A stretch of 48,095 nucleotides of DNA. It comes from Sandaracinaceae bacterium. GTDB lineage: Bacteria > Myxococcota_A > Polyangia > Polyangiales > Sandaracinaceae. Positions 18,412 through 25,576 of the stretch are shown piece by piece. Each line of letters starts with the position of its first letter. Position 1 is the stretch's first letter. A program made the translations under genes and the position numbers. Where the stretch lies: contig JBGAQA010000049.1 in assembly GCA_044220955.1 (NCBI GenBank), positions 1-48,095 on the forward strand, read 5' to 3'. The notes under the pieces were generated by a model, which was given only the letters and a program-made list of their open reading frames with translations, did not search any database and was not told the origin of the DNA.

Positions 18412-19997
18412 CGGCAGACGACCTCACGGTGGAGGACGCGACGCAGGTGCTCTCGCGCCTCACGCCTGGCGCGGAGATCGAGCTCGGCGCCGCCGCGATG
18501 GGCGTGCTCGGCCGGCTCGAGCGCGCCGGGTACGTCGCCCGGGCCAGCGATCCCGAGCGAGATCGGCGCGCGCTCGCCGACAGGAAGGCGGAGCTCGCGG
18601 CGCTCGGTCCGCGCGGGGACGCGGCGCGCATCGCGGTGCTCCGGCGCGAGATCCTCGCGATCTCGGAGGCCCTCGCGACCAGCGACGGCGCCGCACGGGT
18701 GCGCACGGGCGAGGGCGCCGGCCCCTACCGCGGCGCGATCACCTTCGAGGGCGCGTACGTCCTGACGCAGAGCGGCCGGGCCCTGCTCTCGAACCTGGGA
18801 CCGCGCGCGGCGCGCGCCCCACGCCTCACGCTCTCCGACTTCGACGCGCAGCTGGCGGCGCTCGACGAGATCCTCGGCGCGCGCGCGCGACGAGCGACGG
18901 ATCTGGTGACCCGGATCGCGCCGAAGACCGCGCCCGCGCTCCCGCTCCACGCGCTCCGGTCGGCGATGCTCGGCCTCGCGTCGCTCCCGCACCCGAACGG
19001 CCCCCTCGGCGATGCGTTCGTCGTGCTCTACACGGCGATTCGCCAGACCCACGCGAGCGTGCCCTGCACCCCGGCGCAGGACGCATCGATCGCGGAGGCG
19101 CTGCTCCTGCACTACGTCGACCTCCGGCCCGCCTACGATCCCACCCTCGCCTCGGCCCTGGTCGCGATGCGCGACGACATCGCCAGGCGGTACTGCGCCG
19201 GGCGCACGGAGGACGCGCTCGACGCGACGCTGCTGCTCGCCGCCGTCCCTGCGTCGGATCGCCAGCCGCGGATCGATCGCGCGGCGGCCTTCGCGTCCGC
19301 GATGGCGCGCGTCAGCGTCCCGACGCCGCTCTCGCTGGCGCTCCTCGCGACGGCGGGCGGGCCCGCGCTCGAGAGCGTCGAGCTCGTGACGCGCGCAGAT
19401 CGCCACGTGCTGTCGCGCTCGGCCGATCCGCTCGAGGCGCTGACGACGGCCGTGCTGGCCACGATGCAGATCACGCACCCGCTCGAGGCGCAGCTCGCGC
19501 GGATCGACGCGCTGCACGCGTACCTGATGCGCACCGGGCCAGGGATGATGGTCGCCGCGGCGCTCCTCGCCCTGCTCGACGGAGATCCCGCCGGGCTGCT
19601 CGACGATCTGCGCCTCGCGGCTCGTCAGGTCACCGAGCAGCGCCTCGCGCCGGGCGGCGTGGAGGCGACGGCGCTCGGCGTGAAGCTCCTCCTGCACTCG
19701 GCGCTGCTCGCGCGCGGCGCCGAGGGGGACCCCGAGGAGAAGCTCGCGCTCGCGCTCCGCGCCCTGCCCGCGCTCGCCGCGTTCGAGCTCGGCGCGCAGG
19801 GCCTCGGCACGATGAGCGCGACGCTCCCCTTGCTCGCCACGACCGTCACCGCGTTCCACCGCCCGATGCTCGAGGCCGCCGTGCTCTACGAGCAGCACAG
19901 CCGGCCGATGCACTCCGACTACGTCTTCGGCGGCGGCTGGAGCGGCAGCACGGCTCACCGCGGGTCGTACGGCCACCGCAGCTTCGGCTGGGGCTGA
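18408..19997 (+). CDS. all-alpha hypothetical protein with Gly/aromatic C-terminal tail
   Basis: ATGA overlap; 529 aa, Ala/Leu-rich; tail MHSDYVFGGGWSGSTAHRGSYGHRSFGWG. Confidence 0.75.
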   Translation: MTADDLTVEDATQVLSRLTPGAEIELGAAAMGVLGRLERAGYVARASDPERDRRALADRKAELAALGPRGDAARIAVLRREILAISEALATSDGAARVRTGEGAGPYRGAITFEGAYVLTQSGRALLSNLGPRAARAPRLTLSDFDAQLAALDEILGARARRATDLVTRIAPKTAPALPLHALRSAMLGLASLPHPNGPLGDAFVVLYTAIRQTHASVPCTPAQDASIAEALLLHYVDLRPAYDPTLASALVAMRDDIARRYCAGRTEDALDATLLLAAVPASDRQPRIDRAAAFASAMARVSVPTPLSLALLATAGGPALESVELVTRADRHVLSRSADPLEALTTAVLATMQITHPLEAQLARIDALHAYLMRTGPGMMVAAALLALLDGDPAGLLDDLRLAARQVTEQRLAPGGVEATALGVKLLLHSALLARGAEGDPEEKLALALRALPALAAFELGAQGLGTMSATLPLLATTVTAFHRPMLEAAVLYEQHSRPMHSDYVFGGGWSGSTAHRGSYGHRSFGWG

Positions 19998-20027
19998 GAG
20001 CGCGGAACCCGATCCGCGCGCGCGCCG

Positions 20028-20540
20028 TCAGGTCAGCTTCTTGTTCCGCTTCAGCTGATCCATCACGCGCGCGTACTCGGTCTCGAACGCGGCGGTGCCC
20101 TCGTCGAGGTTCTTGATCTTGCCGCGCACCTCGCGATCGAGCTCCTGCTCCACGTCCATGTGGCGGCGCAAGATCGCGGTGATCTTCTTCCGAAGGACGT
20201 TGTCGTCCGAGAAGATCTCCTCGACGTGGTTCGAGTGGAACAGGATCTCGAGGATCTGCTCGAGGATGAAGGGCAGCGCGTCCTCACCCATCGGCACGCG
20301 CCCCTCGCGGGCGACCTGCGACTTCATCTTGTTCAGCTCGCCGTAGCCGAGGCCGCGCGTCTCCATGCGCATCTTGGCCTCGTCGACGACCTTCCGCTCC
20401 TGGCGGAGGTACTCCTTGAGCACCGACTCGATGTCGGCCTGCACCTCGGTCGCCGCGGGCGCCTCGATGTCGTTCTCGGTCGTGAGCTTGAGGGCGATCT
20501 CGCTCGCGATGGTGGGGATCTTCCCGGCAAAGAGGCGCAT
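20028..20540 (-). CDS. DUF507 family protein
   Basis: MRL...KIP.IA start, duplicated helical units, VEEIFSDDN.LR, ELDREVR.KI. Confidence 0.8.
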   Translation of the reverse strand: MRLFAGKIPTIASEIALKLTTENDIEAPAATEVQADIESVLKEYLRQERKVVDEAKMRMETRGLGYGELNKMKSQVAREGRVPMGEDALPFILEQILEILFHSNHVEEIFSDDNVLRKKITAILRRHMDVEQELDREVRGKIKNLDEGTAAFETEYARVMDQLKRNKKLT

Positions 20541-20584
20541 GGCGGCGCGACGTTAGCGCGGCGCCCTGCCCCGTCAATCGCCGA

Positions 20585-21241
20585 TCAGTGCGTCCCCGTG
20601 GTGCTCGTCGGGGTGGGCGCGGCGGTCGCCGAGCCGGTCTCGTGGGCCAGGCGGTCGCGCATGCGGGTGATCAGGGAGTCGAACCCGTCGCGGGTGATGA
20701 TGCGGTGGAACTGCTGCTGGTAGTTGTGCACCAGGCTGACGCTGTCGGTCGTGACGTCGAACACGCGCCAGTCGGTGCCGACCATGTGCATCGCGTAGGC
20801 CATCTCGACCGGCGGCTCGCGCCGGGACGCGCGCGAGCGGGCGGTCATGTGCACCACGACCCCGCTCGAGGTGCTCTCCTCGCGGGTGTACTCGATCTCG
20901 TAGTCGCGGATCCGCTCGAGGTTCGTGCGGTAGTTGCGCTCGACCAGCTGGCGCAGGAGCGAACTGAACTCGGTCTGCTGGGCGGGCGTGAGCGCGGCCC
21001 AGTGCTGGTCGAGGGCGCGCCGGCACAGCTCGTCGAAGTCGAGGATGTCGACCAGGATCGCCGTGATCGCGGCGTCGCGCGTGGCGCGAGCGGCGTCGGT
21101 CGTCGGGTGCTGGTCGAGGAGGTGGTCGACCCGCTCGTTCTGCTGCCGCACGTAGCGCGTGGCCGGGCCCGTCTGGGCCACGCAGAGGGAGGGGAGGAGC
21201 AGGGCCACGAGGAGGACGACGAAGGCGGGGAATCGCATCAT
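20585..21241 (-). CDS. mlaC: MlaC/Ttg2D phospholipid-binding periplasmic protein
   Basis: LDFDELCRRAL..HW..LTPAQQTEF, WRVFDV..DSVSLV.NY..QF; signal peptide. Confidence 0.85.
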   Translation of the reverse strand: MMRFPAFVVLLVALLLPSLCVAQTGPATRYVRQQNERVDHLLDQHPTTDAARATRDAAITAILVDILDFDELCRRALDQHWAALTPAQQTEFSSLLRQLVERNYRTNLERIRDYEIEYTREESTSSGVVVHMTARSRASRREPPVEMAYAMHMVGTDWRVFDVTTDSVSLVHNYQQQFHRIITRDGFDSLITRMRDRLAHETGSATAAPTPTSTTGTH

Positions 21242-21438
21242 GGGCTCCCGGGTCAGACGGCGGACGCGAGGAGAGTATTCGCATCCAGGAAGGGGGGGTG
21301 CCAGCCGCGGGCGTGGGATCCGGGCAATTGTTCGGCTCGCCCCTTCGGTCCCTCCCGTCCGCGCGCTCGACGCGCGCTCCCGTCCGGGCCCTGCGTGGCG
21401 AGCACTCCTGCCGCCAATTCTTGCTAAGGAAGGCAGGA

Positions 21439-21798
21439 ATGCAGGAAGGGACCGGGAAGGGGCTTCGGATGCTCGCGGCGATGGCGGGCCTGGGGTTCTG
21501 CGCGCTCGGGGCGTGGGGCTACGAGCACGCGGCGCGGACGTCGCGGGTCTCGCACACCTGGCCGGCCGGGAGCCCGGGCGAGGCCTACGCGACGATCGAG
21601 CACACCGCGCCGTGGAGCGCGCCGTGGACCAAGGTGTGCCGGATCGACGAGGCGACCCACGCGGAGCGCTGGTGCCGCTCGGTCCCGGACGCCGCCGAGG
21701 TGCACGGCGTGACGCTGCGCGACGGCGACGTGATCGTGGAGCTCGACATCGGGCCCTGGCACCTCGATCCGGAGACGGGCGCGAACCGCCTCCGCTGA
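21439..21798 (+). CDS. small hypothetical membrane-anchored protein
   Basis: ORF with N-terminal hydrophobic segment, purine-rich upstream region and GC3-biased codons. Confidence 0.55.
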   Translation: MQEGTGKGLRMLAAMAGLGFCALGAWGYEHAARTSRVSHTWPAGSPGEAYATIEHTAPWSAPWTKVCRIDEATHAERWCRSVPDAAEVHGVTLRDGDVIVELDIGPWHLDPETGANRLR

Positions 21799-21803
21799 GG
21801 CCT

Positions 21804-21845
21804 CTCGCCCTCGCCCTCGCCCTCGCCCTCGCCCTCGCCCTCGCC
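21804..21845. repeat. (CTCGCC)7 perfect hexamer array
   Basis: Read directly; fills most of the gap between two convergent stops (21798 and 21854). Confidence 0.9.
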
Positions 21846-21853
21846 TCGCCCGC

Positions 21854-23320
21854 TCAGTCGCAGTCGCGCTCCCAGCGATCCGTCACGCTCATCGCCGAGA
21901 CGCGCGCGAGGTTCGCGAGCGCCGTGTCTGCGTCGGCGATCGCCTGCAGGTGGCTGTAGCGCGCCAGGAAGTACGCGCGGACGGCGTCGACCATGTCCGA
22001 GAGCTCCGCCGCGCCGACCTCGACGCCCTGCGCCGCCGAGATGAACCAGGCCCGCGTCTCACGACGGCCCCGATCGAACGCCTCCGCCCGGCGCAGCGCC
22101 TCGACGACCGTCTCGTACGCGTCGTTGACCTCGAGCTCGAGCCCCGCCCGCGCCTCGTCGCTGCGGCCGCGGACGTCGTCGAGCAGAGCGGACTCGCGGT
22201 CGACTCGGTACGCGTTGCCCCAGAGGTCGAGCGACCAGCGCATCGCGAGGCCCGCGCCGATGTTCATGTAGTTGGCCGGGTCGATGACGAACGGGTTCGT
22301 CTGATCGGTGATGCCGGGCGCGTAGCTGATCGCGAAGCGGTACGTGAGGCCGATGTCGGGCAGGAACCCCGCGCGAGCGATGTCGAGGCTCGCCTCGCGC
22401 GCGCGCGTCGCCGCCTCGAGCATCCGCACCTCGGGGCGATCGCTCAGCGCGTGGGCGAGGTACGTGTCGAGCGGCTCGAGCTCCACGTCCACGAGCGCGA
22501 GCGGGCACTCGGGGACCTCGAAGTGGCGCACCCCCGTCAGGATCCGCAGCGCCGCGCGCGACGACATCTCGAGGTGCCGGGCCTGCGCCTCGCGCCCCTC
22601 GACCTCGGCGAGCGCCGCCGAGAGCCGATAGCGGTCGGTCTCGGTCACGTCGGGGTCCTGCTCGGCGAGCCGCTCCTCCACGTGCTGGAGCGCGCCGCGG
22701 ATCTGCGGCAGGCCCTCGGAGAGCATCTGCTGCAGGTCGAGCGAGAGCTGGAGCGCGAAGTACGCGCGTCGCACGTCGTAGAGCAGCTGGTTGCGCACCC
22801 GCAGGCGGTCCGACTCGGCCGCGCGGATCCCGGCGCGCGCCGCGTCGCGGACGCCGCCGAGCTTGCCGAAGGTCCAGAGCGGGATGAGCCCCTCGATCGA
22901 GATGCCGACGACCGGCTGCCAGGGGTTCGAGAGCGGCACCTGCGCGTCGGGCGAGAAGATCGGGCTGCCGCGGGCCTCGGGCGCGAGGGTGAAGCCGGCG
23001 GTGACCGCGCCCTGGAAGAAGGGGCTCACCCAGGCCTCGTCGAGCTGCGCGTGCGCGGCGCGGATGCGGGCCTCGGCCGCGCGCAGCCCCGGGTACGTTC
23101 GCTCCGCGTGGTGCGTGAATTGCGCGAGGTCCATGGTCGGGACCTCCTCCTCGTCGTCCGCGGCGGGCCCGGGACGCGCGCCGTCCGCGGCGTCCTCGGC
23201 CGTGACGTCGAGGTCGACGTCGTCCGCTTCGTCCTCTTGCGCGCTCGTCACCGCGGCGAGCGGCCAGGCGCACGCGAGCGCGGCAACGGAGAGCGCGAGG
23301 AGGCGAGCCGGTCGGCGCAC
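21854..23320 (-). CDS. TolC/outer membrane efflux family protein
   Basis: Signal peptide, two OEP repeats (IPLWTFGK, VRRAYFAL, RPEVR, ARAGFLPDI). Confidence 0.85.
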   Translation of the reverse strand: MRRPARLLALSVAALACAWPLAAVTSAQEDEADDVDLDVTAEDAADGARPGPAADDEEEVPTMDLAQFTHHAERTYPGLRAAEARIRAAHAQLDEAWVSPFFQGAVTAGFTLAPEARGSPIFSPDAQVPLSNPWQPVVGISIEGLIPLWTFGKLGGVRDAARAGIRAAESDRLRVRNQLLYDVRRAYFALQLSLDLQQMLSEGLPQIRGALQHVEERLAEQDPDVTETDRYRLSAALAEVEGREAQARHLEMSSRAALRILTGVRHFEVPECPLALVDVELEPLDTYLAHALSDRPEVRMLEAATRAREASLDIARAGFLPDIGLTYRFAISYAPGITDQTNPFVIDPANYMNIGAGLAMRWSLDLWGNAYRVDRESALLDDVRGRSDEARAGLELEVNDAYETVVEALRRAEAFDRGRRETRAWFISAAQGVEVGAAELSDMVDAVRAYFLARYSHLQAIADADTALANLARVSAMSVTDRWERDCD

Positions 23321-23411
23321 GGCGGGCCGTTCTAGGTTGAAAGGCCGTTGCCGGCAACGCGCGAGAGCCCACGCGAGACGACGGTGCCCGCGGGCACGAG
23401 GCCCCGAGTGC

Positions 23412-23858
23412 TCAGAGCTGCTCGCGATCGGTGATCGCGGCTAGGATCTCGGCCTGAGCGCAGAGGTTCTTGTCCACGACCGCGGTCGCGCTGGCCTTCC
23501 AGATGTTGGACCGGCGCTGCGACACCTCGAGCTCCAGCTCGACACGGTCGCCCGGCACGACGGCCTTGCGGAACTTCGCCTGCTCCACGCCGAGGAAGTA
23601 GACGACCTTCTGGCTCGCGTCGAAGGGCTCCGATGCGTAGGCGAGGATCGCGAGCAGCTGGAACATCGACTCGAGCAGCAGCACGTTCGGGAAGACCGGC
23701 TGCCCCGGGAAGTGCCCTGCCGCCCAGGGCTCGCTGGCCGTGATGCACTTGATCGCCCGCGCGGACTTCCGGGGCTGGACCTCGGTCACGCGATCGACCA
23801 GCAGAAACGGCGTGCGGTGCGGCAGGATCCGCAGGATCCGCTGAACGTCGAGCTCCAT
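23412..23858 (-). CDS. fabZ: 3-hydroxyacyl-ACP dehydratase
   Basis: LPHRTPFLLVDRV, GHFPGQPVFP, LLESMFQ, AKFRKAVVPGD. Confidence 0.92.
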   Translation of the reverse strand: MELDVQRILRILPHRTPFLLVDRVTEVQPRKSARAIKCITASEPWAAGHFPGQPVFPNVLLLESMFQLLAILAYASEPFDASQKVVYFLGVEQAKFRKAVVPGDRVELELEVSQRRSNIWKASATAVVDKNLCAQAEILAAITDREQL

Positions 23859-23955
23859 CGCCGTGCATCATCGCGCGGCGCGGCCAGGCTTCCAAGCCTC
23901 TTCGCTCCGGCGCGCTCGATGACCGATCGCGATTCTCCGAATCGCGACCGGCTAT

Positions 23956-24636
23956 CTAGGGCGCGGGCGCCGTGGTCGCGGGTGGCGTGGAGCGCTTGGT
24001 GTGTCGCGCGCCCGTGCCGGTGGAGGGCGGAGTCGTCGTGGAGCTGCTGGACGAGGAGCTGCTGCTGCTGCTGCCCTCGGAGTCCGCGTCGCGGCCCTCG
24101 CCGGCGTTGTATCTCTGGATGACGACGTCGGTGAGATCGAGGTTGCCTGGGACGAAGATCACGCCACCTTCGTTGCGCTCGAGGATGAGCGTGTAGCCTT
24201 CCTCCTGGCCGATGCGCCTCAGGATCGTCTCCATGCGGGCGATGATCTCCTGCGTCATCTCCGCTTCCTTCTCGGCGAGCTCGCGCTGGTACTCGACGTA
24301 CGTCGACTGCAGCTCGACGAACTGCTTCTGGATCGCGTCGAGCCGCTCCTGGCGCGCCGAGTCGGAGAGCGTGTCGGCCTGCTCGTCGAACTCTTCCTTC
24401 AGCGTCTTCAGCTCGCCCTGCGCCTTGTCGAGCTCCTGCTGGCGCTGCTTGAACAGGCGCTTGAGGCGGGCCTTCGCGCGACGTCCGTCCTCGGTCTCGT
24501 TCAGCGCGCGCTGCAGGTCGACGACCGCGATGTGCACCTGCGCGTAGATGCGCGGCGCCCACATCGAGAGGAGCAGAGCGGCGACCAGGGTGATCGCATG
24601 CCTCTTGAGGGCGTGGAGGTGCAGCGTCTTGTTCAA
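23956..24636 (-). CDS. skp: OmpH/Skp periplasmic chaperone with Ser/Thr-rich tail
   Basis: IAVVDLQRAL, coiled coil, GYTLILE, DLTDVVIQRYN; near bamA; start uncertain. Confidence 0.9.
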   Translation of the reverse strand: MNKTLHLHALKRHAITLVAALLLSMWAPRIYAQVHIAVVDLQRALNETEDGRRAKARLKRLFKQRQQELDKAQGELKTLKEEFDEQADTLSDSARQERLDAIQKQFVELQSTYVEYQRELAEKEAEMTQEIIARMETILRRIGQEEGYTLILERNEGGVIFVPGNLDLTDVVIQRYNAGEGRDADSEGSSSSSSSSSSSTTTPPSTGTGARHTKRSTPPATTAPAP

Positions 24637-24708
24637 GGTGCTCTTCCCGGGAGGGTCCGGCGCGATGGGTAGCCGCTCACGTGATACGGGTCAAGCCCGC
24701 TCCGTATT

Positions 24709-25107
24709 TCATCGGCGCCCGGACCGCGGCCTGGGCCGCGTGAGCGTCAGCGTCTCCGCAGGCCCGTCGAGCCGGGCGACGAAGTGCCGCAGCACGTTGC
24801 GCCCGAGAATGACGTAGGGGCGCCGCGTCACCAGCGCCTCGACGCCGTCGAGGCGTCGCCCGTCGACCTCGAGGTCCATGCGGTAGACCGGGACCTCCGT
24901 CAGGTCCCCGAGGAACCCGGCCGCTCGGACCATGCGTTCCGGGTGGAGGCCCGCCGGCTCGACGAGGTCGCGCGGCACCGCGCAGAGGTCGGCGCCGCTG
25001 TCGATCTTCGCGCGGGCCGTCCGCATGGCCGCGCCCCGCCCCGCCCCGAGGGCCACGTCGATCATCGGCGCCGGCGGGGCGAAGCCGGGATCGTACTTCC
25101 GCTTCAC
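24709..25107 (-). CDS. retropepsin-like (clan AA) aspartyl protease
   Basis: AKIDSGADLCAVP catalytic motif, VILGRNVL; GTG 25107 overlaps the upstream stop. Confidence 0.85.
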   Translation of the reverse strand: MKRKYDPGFAPPAPMIDVALGAGRGAAMRTARAKIDSGADLCAVPRDLVEPAGLHPERMVRAAGFLGDLTEVPVYRMDLEVDGRRLDGVEALVTRRPYVILGRNVLRHFVARLDGPAETLTLTRPRPRSGRR

Positions 25108-25523
25108 GCGAGCTCGAACCCCGGCATGTCGACGACGTCGGGATCCACGCCGACCCGAGCAACGAAGAACGGGCGGCCGCCGGCGCGTGCGCGCATCCGT
25201 CGCGAGAGCGAGTCGAGATCCACGCCGGCGTCGGCGATCGCGCCATCGAGCACGGCGACCCAGCGGCCGCGATGGCGGGCGAGGCGGGCGGCCGGCATGC
25301 GCCCGAACGCTTCCCGCTCCACCCGCCATGCACGTAGCGCAGCCGTGTCCGGATCCGCGGACGCGGGGGACGGCGCGGCGCCCGGTCCGTAGTAGCCCGC
25401 CGCGACCGTGCGCAGGCCGCGCCGGATCAGCTCGGACGCGCCGAAGCCGTCACGCTTCGCCCGCGCGAGCGCGCGCTGGTCGTCGGCGTCGAGACGCACG
25501 GTCGTGATCCTCGCACGCGCCAT
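25104..25523 (-). CDS. RHH/CopG-like domain fused to DUF5678-like domain
   Basis: TTVRLD....AL......SELIRRGL (ribbon-helix-helix); RHRGRWVAVLDGAIAD...FFVARVG (DUF5678-like). Confidence 0.75.
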   Translation of the reverse strand: MARARITTVRLDADDQRALARAKRDGFGASELIRRGLRTVAAGYYGPGAAPSPASADPDTAALRAWRVEREAFGRMPAARLARHRGRWVAVLDGAIADAGVDLDSLSRRMRARAGGRPFFVARVGVDPDVVDMPGFELA

Positions 25524-25576
25524 ACAACCGCCATACACCCGGCGGCGGGGCCCCGCAATCGCCTCGTTCGGGCCGC

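Noticed and set aside
21286..21303. sigma54 promoter for mlaC (TGGCAC on minus strand)
   Set aside because: No GC at the required GG-N10 spacing
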